A DNA stretch of 64,000 nucleotides from an uncultured delta proteobacterium (GTDB lineage: Bacteria; Myxococcota_A; Polyangia; Polyangiales; Houyiibacteriaceae): positions 78,935 through 142,934 of the forward strand of contig CAVVBB010000002.1 in NCBI GenBank assembly GCA_963746475.1, read 5' to 3'. This document shows positions 48,906-58,487 of the stretch, piece by piece. Position numbers and translations under genes: made by a program. The notes beneath the pieces are model-generated. The model ran no database searches, was not told the DNA's origin, and saw only the letters and a list, made by a program, of their open reading frames with translations. The first letter of the stretch is position 1, and every line of letters starts with the position of its first letter.

Positions 48906-49717
48906 TGAAGCTCTTTCGTCGCAACGTGGTGCGCCCGGTACGTCCGGTCCTTCCCGAAGAGCTCAGGACGGATCCGGTCATCGTGCGCGTCAGAAAGCTC
49001 AACAAGAGCTATGGCGACCATCACGTGCTCAAGGACCTGTGCCTGGATCTTCACCGCGGCCAGACCAACGTGATCATCGGACCCTCCGGTTCCGGCAAGA
49101 CGGTGCTCATGCGGCAGCTCATTCGCCTCGAAGAGCCAGACTCGGGCGAGATTCTCGTCAACGGGATCGACTTTGCCAAGCTCGAAGGCATGCAGCTCGA
49201 AGCCAAGCGGCGCACCTTCGGCATGGTCTTCCAAATGTCGGCCCTGTTCGATTCGATGACGGTCTTCGACAACGTCGCTTTTCCGCTGCGCGAGCACACG
49301 GACATGTCGCGAGCGCAGATTCGGGAGCGGGTCATGGAACGTCTGGGCTCGCTGGGCATTGGGGCAGCGGCACACAAGATGCCCGCGCAGTTGTCGGGTG
49401 GCATGCAGAAGCGCGTCGCAGTCGCCCGGGCGATGATCCTCGAGAGTGAGATTCTCATCTACGACGAGCCGACGACGGGACTGGATCCGATGACCACACA
49501 GACCGTCGACGAGCTCATCATCGAAGCCGAAGAGAAGTTCGGCGTGACTTCCGTCGTGATCAGCCACGACATGGCCTCGGTCGTGCGCATCGCCGACCGG
49601 CTCTCGTTCCTGCACATGGGCGAGCTGGTGGCTAGCGGAACGCTCGACGACCTTCTGCAGAGCGAGCACCCGGCGACCATGGAGTTCATCCACGCGTCGG
49701 GCGTGTCCTTGCCCTAG
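48905..49717 (+). CDS. mlaF: MlaF-type ABC transporter ATP-binding protein
   Basis: GPSGSGKT, LFDSMTVFDNV, LSGGMQKRV and YDEPTTGLDP motifs; GTG overlaps the mlaE stop. Confidence 0.92.
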   Translation: MKLFRRNVVRPVRPVLPEELRTDPVIVRVRKLNKSYGDHHVLKDLCLDLHRGQTNVIIGPSGSGKTVLMRQLIRLEEPDSGEILVNGIDFAKLEGMQLEAKRRTFGMVFQMSALFDSMTVFDNVAFPLREHTDMSRAQIRERVMERLGSLGIGAAAHKMPAQLSGGMQKRVAVARAMILESEILIYDEPTTGLDPMTTQTVDELIIEAEEKFGVTSVVISHDMASVVRIADRLSFLHMGELVASGTLDDLLQSEHPATMEFIHASGVSLP

Positions 49718-49733
49718 CCGAGTGGCTCCTCTT

Positions 49734-50606
49734 TCAAAGGCCTCGAGAGGACTCGGGTCTAAGAGGGATGCGGCCGCACAGGGCGTCGTCCACGAGGTCG
49801 AGTATTCTTTGGCGGTCCTGGGGCAAGATGCCACCGATGGGCAGGTAGTTGCTGGCGTGGTTGGTTCGGAAGACGGCGTGGCTCGGCTCGGCTCGGGCGA
49901 CGATGCAGCGGAGCTCCTCGAGCATTCGGCTGACGCTCGGAAGCTCGAACTTGCCTTGCTGCTGCATCTTCGCGATCGGCGTTCCGGGGACGATGGTCAA
50001 GGTGAGCAGGGACAGGAAGTCCGGGTCCATTTCGCTGATCAACTTGGCCGAGCCTTCGGCGTGTTCCTGGCTTCGCTCGGTGCCGCCCGCGCCGAGGAGG
50101 AAGATGGCCGACAGTTGGATGTCCGCGGCTTTGGCGCGCCTGGCGGCCTCCACGTGCTCCTCGAAACCAGCCCCCTTCGCGATGCGCTTGAACGTCAGCT
50201 CGTCGCCGGTCTCGGGACCGGTGTACAGAAGAGACAAACCTAGCTCGCGCAGGCGCTGAAGCTCTTGCACGGACTTGGAGACCAGGTTCATCGCCGTGGC
50301 GTACGCGCTGACCCGGCGCAGCGCGGGAAAGGCCTCTCGGCAGGCCGAGAGGATGGCTTCCCAGTGCGCGAGGTCCATGACGAGCGCGTCGCCGTCGGCC
50401 ACGAACAGCTTGTCCACGCGAGCGCCGAAGGCTTGCCCGGCGGCGCGGATGTCGGCAAGCGTCTCTTGCAGCTCCCGCACCCGAAACGGCTTGCTGCGAT
50501 ACATGTCGCAGTAGGTGCAGTGGTTCCAGGAGCAGCCGACGCTGGCCTGCAGGATGTAGGCGTTCGCCTCGCTGGGCGGGCGGTAGATTTGACCTTCGTA
50601 ACGCAT
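49734..50606 (-). CDS. Radical SAM protein
   Basis: YRPPSEA, CSWNHCTYC (CxxxCxxC) and NHASNY motifs. Confidence 0.93.
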   Translation of the reverse strand: MRYEGQIYRPPSEANAYILQASVGCSWNHCTYCDMYRSKPFRVRELQETLADIRAAGQAFGARVDKLFVADGDALVMDLAHWEAILSACREAFPALRRVSAYATAMNLVSKSVQELQRLRELGLSLLYTGPETGDELTFKRIAKGAGFEEHVEAARRAKAADIQLSAIFLLGAGGTERSQEHAEGSAKLISEMDPDFLSLLTLTIVPGTPIAKMQQQGKFELPSVSRMLEELRCIVARAEPSHAVFRTNHASNYLPIGGILPQDRQRILDLVDDALCGRIPLRPESSRGL

Positions 50607-50632
50607 GCTTGGGCTGGGGCGGTGCCGATCGG

Positions 50633-52351
50633 CTATGAGGAGGGAGCGTCTCCTTCGAGGAGGCCGTGGTGCGCGAAGACCTCATGGAGGAAGCTGACCG
50701 GGAGGCTACCCTCCTTCAGATAGATCTCGTGGAACTTCCGGTCCAGTGCCAGGCCTTCGAGCTTCCCCTGATTGGCGTCCCGCAGGCGGTCCTTGAGCTC
50801 CCAGACCGCTCGGTTTCCGGTGAGATAAGACAGCGGGTAGGCTCTCTCGATCGAGTACCAGTTGAGCTCGGCCTCGGCACGCCCAGGGACGAAGCCGGTG
50901 ACCGCGATGAGCAGATTGGCGGCGGCGACAAATGGGTCTTTGCAGTGAACGTCACAGTCGACGCCGACGTCGAGGTACTTGCGGTCTCCGGACATGAAGA
51001 ACAAGTCGATCGCGACGCGAGCGCCCAGTCTGCAAATGTCGCGCTTCGCGCAGAAGCGAACCTCGTCGGCCAGCTCGGCAGCGTAGCCGAGGTCGAGCAT
51101 GTAGTCCTCGAGCATGGTGGTCCAGCCTTCGGCGTGGTCCATGCAATCGCCATGGCGGCGGATGAGCGAAGGGTGCCGCGAGACCCAGGCGTACTGCAGG
51201 TGATGTCCAGGCGTGCCTTCGTGGATCATCATGTTCGGGATCGTGAGGCGGGTGTGCTCGTCCAAGAGGTCCTCGGACAGCGTGAGGTAGACCAGGCTCG
51301 TGGCGGTGCCTCGTCGAAAGGCCGGAGGGGGCATCATCGCCCCCGCAGGAATGCTCGGCGCCATGAAACCTGGCGTCTTGAGGATCTGGATCGACTGCTC
51401 CGGGAAGATGGGGAAGAGTTCGCGGTCCTCGCAGAAGCGGAGGATGGCCTGGCGTTCGCGGTCGTAGGCCTGAAGCACGAGATCGAAGTCGCGGTCGACT
51501 TCGAGGCGATAGCGTTCGTTGAGCCATCGGTGAAGCTCTGCGGCGGATGTGGGCTCGGGCAGAGCGTACTTGCGGACCAGCTTGTCGCGAAGCGTCTCCA
51601 GCGTCTGCGCGGTCTGCGCCAGGAATTCGCGGGCGAGACGGTGCAGCTCCGAGGGCGACTTCACGATCCCTCGCCGATGGAGGATCTGCTGCATCGTGTC
51701 TTCGCCCAGGTGAATGTTGTCGACGGTGGGCAGCTGGCTGAGCTCGCGCCCGTACTCTGCGAGGGCCGCGTTGGCTGTGTCCACGTCGGCTTCGAGCCCC
51801 GCCAAGTACTCGTAACCGAGCTCCCGGCCCCATCGGACAATGGTCTCGAAGAGCTCGGGTAAGGCGCTGCACTTGTCGATGTCGACCCGGGTCCAGCGGG
51901 TGACGGGCTGGCTCAGCCGGCCGAGCATGGCCCGGAGGAAGTCGGGGACCTGCGCGATCCGGGCGTGAATGTCCGCAAGGCGTTCGAGCCCCGGCCGCGG
52001 GTCGTTGACGAAGATCAGAAAGATTCCGTCGCCGATGCCGTCCCCGGCATTTGGGAGCTGTGCGAGTCGCGTCTGCCCGTTGAACAGGTAGCTGTCGTCG
52101 TGAACCTCACGCTCCAGCTTGAGTCGGGCCAGCCTTGCATCGAGGCGCTCGTCGAAGTCCAGCTCCAGCGACTCCAGAGTCTGCAGCTGCCCCAAGAGCG
52201 TTCGGGCGCGTTCGAGGCGTCGGCCGACCGCTTGCAGCGTGGGATCGGGCAGTCTGCCGAGGTCTTCGGACAAGCCTAGAAAGACCCGCGCGTTGGGGTC
52301 GGCGCTGTAGTGGGCGTGGAAAGCTTGTGCGAACGCATCGAGATGTCCCAT
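50633..52351 (-). CDS. DUF885 family protein
   Basis: HEGTPGHHLQ, EGWTTMLE, SYLTG and KFHE motifs. Confidence 0.88.
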   Translation of the reverse strand: MGHLDAFAQAFHAHYSADPNARVFLGLSEDLGRLPDPTLQAVGRRLERARTLLGQLQTLESLELDFDERLDARLARLKLEREVHDDSYLFNGQTRLAQLPNAGDGIGDGIFLIFVNDPRPGLERLADIHARIAQVPDFLRAMLGRLSQPVTRWTRVDIDKCSALPELFETIVRWGRELGYEYLAGLEADVDTANAALAEYGRELSQLPTVDNIHLGEDTMQQILHRRGIVKSPSELHRLAREFLAQTAQTLETLRDKLVRKYALPEPTSAAELHRWLNERYRLEVDRDFDLVLQAYDRERQAILRFCEDRELFPIFPEQSIQILKTPGFMAPSIPAGAMMPPPAFRRGTATSLVYLTLSEDLLDEHTRLTIPNMMIHEGTPGHHLQYAWVSRHPSLIRRHGDCMDHAEGWTTMLEDYMLDLGYAAELADEVRFCAKRDICRLGARVAIDLFFMSGDRKYLDVGVDCDVHCKDPFVAAANLLIAVTGFVPGRAEAELNWYSIERAYPLSYLTGNRAVWELKDRLRDANQGKLEGLALDRKFHEIYLKEGSLPVSFLHEVFAHHGLLEGDAPSS

Positions 52352-52416
52352 CGGGCGGAGCTTGCTGGACGAAGGCCGACAGGACCAGCGCAGTCATGGA
52401 CCCGTCGCAGGGGCCC

Positions 52417-54465
52417 TCAGTCGCTGTCGTCCGAGGGGCCGCCCTTGTACTGGGCTCGCAGCTCTTGCACCACCCGTGCAGGCGCCGGCTCGTAGTGACT
52501 GAGGTCCATCGTGAAGCTCGCCCGACCACTGGTCATTCCCTTGAGCGAGGTTTCGTATCCGTTGAGCTCTGCCAGCGGGACCGTGCCGCGAACCAGGGTC
52601 GAGCCCGAGCTCATGACGTCCGTGCCGACGACCTTGCCGCGCCGGCTCGACAGGTCCCCAGTGACCGAGCCCACATGCTCGGCCGGCGTCGAGACTTCGA
52701 GGTCGACCATCGGCTCTAGGATGGTGGGTTTGGCCTTCAAGAAGGCATCCTTGAAGGCGAGCTTTCCCGCCATCTTGAAGGCGACTTCCTTGCTGTCCAC
52801 CGAGTGGTATTTGCCATCGTACACGGTGACCCGTACGTCTTCGATGGGATATCCGGCCGCGATGCCTCGTTTCATAATCTCGCGGATCCCTTTTTCGATG
52901 GCAGGCAAGAACTGTTTCGGAATCGCGCCACCGACGACCTTGTCGACGAACTCGAAGCCTCCGCCACGCTCGATCGGCTCGACTCGCAGGTACACTTCGC
53001 CGAACTGACCGGCGCCGCCGCTTTGTTTCTTGTGCCGGTGGTGCCCCTCAGCCGGTGCCAGGATGGTTTCGTGGTACGCGATTTTGGGTGGCTTGACCTC
53101 GACTTGCACGCCGAGGTTCTCCAAACGCTCCAACACGAGTCGCAGATGCAGCTCGCCGAGCCCATGGATGACGAGCTCCTGGGTTTCCGCCTCGAAGTTC
53201 ACGCTGAAGGTCGGGTCCTCTTCGCGGATTCGGTGCAAGGCGTCAGCGATCTTGGTTTCGTCGCCCCGCGTCTTCGGAATCACGGCGAGCCCATGCAGTG
53301 GGACCGGATAGGCGAGGGGCTTGTGGTGCACGAGATCGAGCGAGTGATCGTCGTGCAGCACTTCTCCGAGGTGAAGCTCGTCGATTTTGGCGACCGCGCC
53401 CATGTCGCCCGCGATGATGGCCTCCGCCTCAGCGCGCTCCTTGCCCTGAAGGTGGTAGATGTGACTCAGTCGAACCGGTTTGCGTCCCGCCCCGATCAGA
53501 AGCGAGTCACCACTCTTCACCGTGCCCTGGTACACGCGAAAGAAGCAGAGCTTTCCGAGATACGGGTCGGTCGAGACGTGAAAGACGTGCGCGAGCACGG
53601 GCCCGGCCGGGTCGTCGTCGTATTCGAAGGGCTTTTCCTCGTCCCCTTCGCCGACCAAGAAGGGCCGCGGGTTGCCTTCAGCGGGGCTTGGAAAATGGCG
53701 CACCATGATGTCGAGTAGCGCCTCGACACCTGCACCACTGACCGCGTCGGTGAAACAGACCGGAATGACGTGGGCCTGGTCCATCGCCCTTTCGAAGGGC
53801 TCGTGCAGGGCCTCGTAGTTCGGCTCTTCGCCTTCCAGGTAACGCTCCATGAGCGCGTCGTCGATCTCGACGACCTGGTCGAGAATGCGCGTGTGAAAGT
53901 CCTGCACGGGTCCCAGGTCGCTTTGGCCTTGACCGTTCAAGAGACAATCGATGACGTCGGTTCCCTGCTTGCACGGCAGGTTGATCGGGAGACAGCCGCG
54001 TCCGAAGCGCTCCTGCAGCTCCGAAAGAAACGGCCCGAGTTGCGGGCCGTGTTCCGTGATCTGATTGACGACGATGGCCACGGGCAGGTCGAGCTCCTGC
54101 GCCTTCTTCATCAGACGGCTGCTCATCCGATCGACCCCACTTTCGGGGCTCATCACGAGGACCAGCGTCTCGACCGCTGGAAGGCAGGCGTAGGCCTGTC
54201 CGATCAGGTCGGAGGCTCCAGGCACGTCGACGATGTTGATCCGTCTGCCGGCGTGGTCGGCGTGCAAGAGCGCGGCGTAGACCGAGTGATGGTGCGCCTG
54301 CTCCTCGGCGTGAAAGTCGCTGGCCGAGGTCCCCTGCTCGACTGAGCCCTGCCTGTCGATTGCACCTGCGGCAAACAGCAGTGCCTCGGCCAGGGTCGTC
54401 TTACCCACGGAGCGTAGGCCCGCGAGCATCACATTGTGGATATCAGCAGTTCGATACTCGGCCAT
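52417..54465 (-). CDS. Elongation factor G paralogue (EF-G2-like) with degenerate G motifs
   Basis: GLGELHL, HKKQSGGAGQFG, DGKYHSVDS, ILEP and GDLSSRRG conserved; G1 GLRSVGKTT, G3 DVPGA, G4 NQIT; start at ATG 54465. Confidence 0.92.
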   Translation of the reverse strand: MAEYRTADIHNVMLAGLRSVGKTTLAEALLFAAGAIDRQGSVEQGTSASDFHAEEQAHHHSVYAALLHADHAGRRINIVDVPGASDLIGQAYACLPAVETLVLVMSPESGVDRMSSRLMKKAQELDLPVAIVVNQITEHGPQLGPFLSELQERFGRGCLPINLPCKQGTDVIDCLLNGQGQSDLGPVQDFHTRILDQVVEIDDALMERYLEGEEPNYEALHEPFERAMDQAHVIPVCFTDAVSGAGVEALLDIMVRHFPSPAEGNPRPFLVGEGDEEKPFEYDDDPAGPVLAHVFHVSTDPYLGKLCFFRVYQGTVKSGDSLLIGAGRKPVRLSHIYHLQGKERAEAEAIIAGDMGAVAKIDELHLGEVLHDDHSLDLVHHKPLAYPVPLHGLAVIPKTRGDETKIADALHRIREEDPTFSVNFEAETQELVIHGLGELHLRLVLERLENLGVQVEVKPPKIAYHETILAPAEGHHRHKKQSGGAGQFGEVYLRVEPIERGGGFEFVDKVVGGAIPKQFLPAIEKGIREIMKRGIAAGYPIEDVRVTVYDGKYHSVDSKEVAFKMAGKLAFKDAFLKAKPTILEPMVDLEVSTPAEHVGSVTGDLSSRRGKVVGTDVMSSGSTLVRGTVPLAELNGYETSLKGMTSGRASFTMDLSHYEPAPARVVQELRAQYKGGPSDDSD

Positions 54466-54501
54466 CAGCGAACATCGATAGTAGACTAACTCCGCCAGCC
54501 C

Positions 54502-54936
54502 ATGAAGAGCCTCCGCGTGAACGAGCAGCTGTGCATTCCGGCCAAAGACTTGTCCTGGAGCGCCGCGCGCTCTTCGGGACCGGGCGGCCAGAACGTGAAC
54601 AAAGTCTCGAGCAAAGTGACACTTCGGTTCGACCTGCGCGGATGCGAGGCACTCAGTCGCACCCAAAAGGCGCGGCTGCGCGAGCTGGCAGGCAAGCGCA
54701 TGGACGCCTCCGGTGGATTGCTGATCAGTGCGCAGGCGCACAGATCTCAGCAGCAGAACCTCGAACGCGCACGGGAGGGCCTGCGCCGACTGATCGCCGC
54801 GGCCCTGCGGGTGCCTAAGCCCCGGCGCGCGACCAAGCCGACTGCGGGCAGCAAGCGCAGGCGTCTCGAGGCCAAACGAAGGCAAAGCGAGAAAAAAAGG
54901 GGCCGGACTTCCGTGGATCGAGCGGACCGTGGATAG
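54502..54936 (+). CDS. arfB: Alternative ribosome rescue peptidyl-tRNA hydrolase ArfB
   Basis: RSSGPGGQNVNKV, RSQQQN; basic tail PRRATKPTAGSKRRRLEAK. Confidence 0.96.
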   Translation: MKSLRVNEQLCIPAKDLSWSAARSSGPGGQNVNKVSSKVTLRFDLRGCEALSRTQKARLRELAGKRMDASGGLLISAQAHRSQQQNLERAREGLRRLIAAALRVPKPRRATKPTAGSKRRRLEAKRRQSEKKRGRTSVDRADRG

Positions 54937-54993
54937 GCGCCTTGAACACCGCTTCAATCCGCTCTAATCCATTCGGACGTAGAACAGGGGAAG

Positions 54994-56112
54994 ATGAGAC
55001 TAGCGATCACAGGTACAGGGCTATGGTTTCCGCCAAATTCCATTAGCAACGAGGAACTGGTCGAGACCTACAACCAATACGTCGACGGGTGCCGTGCGGC
55101 GGCCGGCGATGATGTGGACGAGGCATCCCTTCCGCAGCCTTCCGACGCTGAGTTCATCCAGAAGGCCTCGGGCGTCGAGCGCCGCTACGTGCTCGACCGG
55201 GAGGGCGTCTTGGACCCCGGCCGACTTCGCCCGAAGCTGCGGATCCGCAGCTGGGACGAGCCCTCGGTTCAGTGCGAGATGGCGGTGGCGGCCGCGACCG
55301 AGGCTTTGGCGGCTGCGGGCCGACAGGGCGCCGACATCGACATGGTGATCGTCGGCTGCTCGAACCTTCAGAGGGCGTATCCCGCCATCTCCGTGGAGGT
55401 GCAGGCCGCGGTCGGCGCCAAGGGCTTTGCTTACGACATGAACGTGGCCTGCTCCACGGCCACCTTTGCTTTGCAGGCCGCGCGCGACTCAATCATCGGG
55501 GGAAGCGCGTCTCGGGTGCTCGTGGTCAACCCGGAGATCTGCTCGGCGCATCTGAACTTCAAGGATCGCGATTGCCACTTCATTTTTGGCGATGCCTGCA
55601 CGGCGTTCGTCGTCGAGCCATTGACCGAGGGACCCTTGCCCGAGGGGACCTTCGAGCTTTTGAGCACGAGCGCTCGCACGCAGTTCTCCAACAACATACG
55701 CAACGATGCAGGCTTTCTGTCTCGCTGTGAAGACCGCGACCCGGAGGACCCACGAATCGTCTTCAAGCAGGAAGGGCGTCAGGTGTTTCGCGAGGTGGCC
55801 CCCATGACGGTCAAGCATCTGCGCGAGCATTTGGAGGCGGCTGACGTATCGCCCGAGCAGCTGAAGCGGCTTTGGCTGCACCAGGCCAACGCGACCATGA
55901 ACCGGCACATCGCAAAGAAGCTCCTGGGTCACGAGCCTAGCGAACGAGAGGCGCCGATCATCCTCGACGAGTTCGCCAACACTAGCTCGGCCGGCTCGAT
56001 CATCGCCTTCCATCGACACAAAGACGACCTGGCCGTGGGAGATCTCGGCATCCTTTGCTCGTTTGGGGCGGGCTACTCCATCGGCAGCGCGCTTCTCAAG
56101 CGCGTAGCCTGA
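54994..56112 (+). CDS. fabH: Beta-ketoacyl-ACP synthase III family protein
   Basis: DMNVACSTATF (Cys), WLHQAN (His), ANTSSAG (Asn) and CSFGAG motifs. Confidence 0.9.
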   Translation: MRLAITGTGLWFPPNSISNEELVETYNQYVDGCRAAAGDDVDEASLPQPSDAEFIQKASGVERRYVLDREGVLDPGRLRPKLRIRSWDEPSVQCEMAVAAATEALAAAGRQGADIDMVIVGCSNLQRAYPAISVEVQAAVGAKGFAYDMNVACSTATFALQAARDSIIGGSASRVLVVNPEICSAHLNFKDRDCHFIFGDACTAFVVEPLTEGPLPEGTFELLSTSARTQFSNNIRNDAGFLSRCEDRDPEDPRIVFKQEGRQVFREVAPMTVKHLREHLEAADVSPEQLKRLWLHQANATMNRHIAKKLLGHEPSEREAPIILDEFANTSSAGSIIAFHRHKDDLAVGDLGILCSFGAGYSIGSALLKRVA

Positions 56113-56127
56113 CCCGCGCCTGCCCGC

Positions 56128-56165
56128 TCAGGGGCTGAGCACTTTGGCCACTTCCGGGCGCTCGC
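56128..56165. repeat. 38-bp direct repeat, left copy: displaced 3' end of the GST gene
   Basis: TCAGGGGCTGAGCACTTTGGCCACTTCCGGGCGCTCGC, 36/38 identical to 60687-60724; minus strand encodes ERPEVAKVLSP*. Confidence 0.93.
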
Positions 56166-56682
56166 ACGGAGCTTCAGCAATCACCCCGGACGTATAGTGG
56201 AGACAGCGCAGAGCCGGGAGCGGCGTGTGCCGATTGCCCACAGTCGGCGATCGACATCTGCGGGACGATGAAATTCGAAGTCGGCCGGCGAATCACGCCA
56301 GTCGCCGACGCCCAGCTGCTGCTGCACGGAGTTTTCTGCGCGGGAGCGGACGACCTGGGCTAGTCCCTCGTTTTGGCGTCGAGCCCGGCAGCGCCTTCTA
56401 GATGTCTGCCCACGCAGGCTCGTCGCGATGAGCACTGCCCAGCGGCGAAAGCAGCGGGCAGTGCTCAGCCTTCGGTTCCGGCGCGTCGAGCCTTCCGGCT
56501 AGCCCCGAGGCGGGACGCGCAGTGTCTGGGCCTCGCGCTTCATTTGCTCGCGGAGCGTTTCTGCATCGCCGCTCTCGCTTCGGTGGTGGTCCAAACAGCT
56601 CGCGAGGAAGCGGAAGTTCGTCAGCACCGCGGCGTAGCCATCGCCTTCGGGCACCTGCGCTGCGGCTGAGGCGTGCTGCCTT

Positions 56683-57060
56683 TCACTCGAGCACGAACCG
56701 CAGCGCGTCGCCTGGGCTCCACAGCTTGCAGTAGTGAACCCCGACGAACTCCTCGCCAGCTTCCGCGTCTAGGGGCACGGGAAGGCTTGGAGATTGGACT
56801 TGGAGCACAGCGTCGTCTTGGTTCAGAGAGAGCTCGGATTGGGTCAGCCAAGCGATCCCCGTGGCCTGGGCGTCATCTGGCACGAAGGTCACGCCGCGAC
56901 CGCTGGCCTCGTAAGCGGATCGTTCGGGCTCGCTCAGCTGCTCGAGTGCCCACTCGAGGGCCGCCTGGTTGACTTCCGCGCAGCTCTGCGGATCGCCCAA
57001 GCTCGTGAGCTCGAGCTCAGCCCCCCCGTCGTAGAGGTCGCGTTGGCTGCAGACGGAAAC
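56683..57060 (-). pseudogene. Probable 5'-truncated gene remnant
   Basis: Protein-like frame SCAEVNQAALEWAL...GVHYCKLWSPGDALRFVLE*; in-frame TGA just upstream (57075-57073); no ATG or RBS. Confidence 0.45.
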
Positions 57061-57223
57061 CCCCCCAAAGGATCATCTATCCCGGGGCGGGGTGGCGGAA
57101 TCCACTGTGTCCAGGACAGGCCTAGGGGCGGAATTTCGACCTTGGCTTCTGTTACGGTACTCCCTATAGAAACAGTCGCATCCTCTATTCATCGACATTT
57201 GCCGGGCCCGTCAGGAGTTCAAC

Positions 57224-58369
57224 ATGAAGAAGTTCGTCCGTACGCTTCTGTGCATTCCCGCTCTCGCAACGCTTACTGCGACGTCCGTCAGGGCTCACAT
57301 ACCCTTCATCGAACCTGAAGCCCGCGAAGCGGATCCGGCTTCCGTTCCGGACGAGGATCGGGCTGACACCGACTACTCCTTTGAGAACCCGTTTCCCCTG
57401 CCCGAAGACATCGCGTTTCAGAACGAGCCGGGCAACACCTTCGAGTACGACGGAATCGACTCGATGGCGGTCAACGGCTACTTGGTTCCAGACGACGTCG
57501 ACGTATTCAAGTTGGTGCCAGCTCAGAACGAAGCTGTTCCATTCCTGGGCGTGGCCGTTCTTGCCGCAGCTCTACCACCGGCCTGCAACGAGCTCATCGA
57601 CGCATATCCTCTGATGGCTTTGGTCGGTCCTGAGCTGCCTAGAGACCCCGAGGTGCTGGCCCTTCTTCCGTTCGACATCGATGACCCAGCGGAGGTTCCG
57701 CAACCAAGTGCGGGACTCAACGGCGTCGTCTTCGCGCCCAATCCGGAGATCGAACCGCGAGAGATCTTCGTGGAAGACGTGGTGACCGGTTTGAGCTGGT
57801 TCTTACCCGCAGGTCAGACACAGCAGTGCCTGGAGCCGCCGAGCATTCCCATTCAGGACTGCGAGACCTTAGAAAACTCGATTTTGATTTCCACGAATTT
57901 GGGCGATGAGCTCGCGGCGGGAGAGCCCTACTACGTGGCCATCTGGGATCCACAGGGTCGAGAACAGGACTACACCGTGACCTTGGGCGTCACCGACGCC
58001 CACTACGTCGACCGCCCCGACATCAATGCCGAGATCGAGTGCTTCAACTTGATTCACGGGCAATGCAGCCCACCCCCCAACCCGCCGGAGGGTTATTTCA
58101 GCCCGGTCTGCGAAGACGGTGCAGGCGGAAGTGGCGGTGACGGCGGAAGCGGCGGCGACGGCGGCGACGGCGGCGACGGCGGCGACGGCGGAAGTGGCGC
58201 TGACGGCGGAAGTGGCGGCGACGGCGGAAGCGGCGGTGACGGCGACGACGGTGGAGGGGGCTGCAGCGTGAGCTCGACCCAAGATTCGGGGTCGATGTTG
58301 GCGATGCTGGCTTTGCTGGGCCTCCTGGTCCGCTGGCGTGGCGCCCGGACACGGGGAAGCAGGTCGTAG
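57224..58369 (+). CDS. Secreted acidic protein with MYXO-CTERM sorting signal
   Basis: AGGAG RBS; signal peptide; GGDGGS linker; GGGGCSV, then TM helix, then VRWRGARTR tail. Confidence 0.88.
   Translation: MKKFVRTLLCIPALATLTATSVRAHIPFIEPEAREADPASVPDEDRADTDYSFENPFPLPEDIAFQNEPGNTFEYDGIDSMAVNGYLVPDDVDVFKLVPAQNEAVPFLGVAVLAAALPPACNELIDAYPLMALVGPELPRDPEVLALLPFDIDDPAEVPQPSAGLNGVVFAPNPEIEPREIFVEDVVTGLSWFLPAGQTQQCLEPPSIPIQDCETLENSILISTNLGDELAAGEPYYVAIWDPQGREQDYTVTLGVTDAHYVDRPDINAEIECFNLIHGQCSPPPNPPEGYFSPVCEDGAGGSGGDGGSGGDGGDGGDGGDGGSGADGGSGGDGGSGGDGDDGGGGCSVSSTQDSGSMLAMLALLGLLVRWRGARTRGSRS
58125..58260. repeat. Gly/Asp/Ser 9-18 bp coding repeats
   Basis: GGCGGCGAC and GGCGGAAG(T/C) iterations. Confidence 0.8.
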
Positions 58370-58487
58370 TAGCGCAAGCCCCGTCCGCCCTCGTCCAAGA
58401 ACACGTCCAGGTGGCGTCTATGAGCAGCTCAGCTGCTCGGCGGCCCGCGGCTTCACGGGGCCCCAGACACGTGTTTTAATCGCAGCC

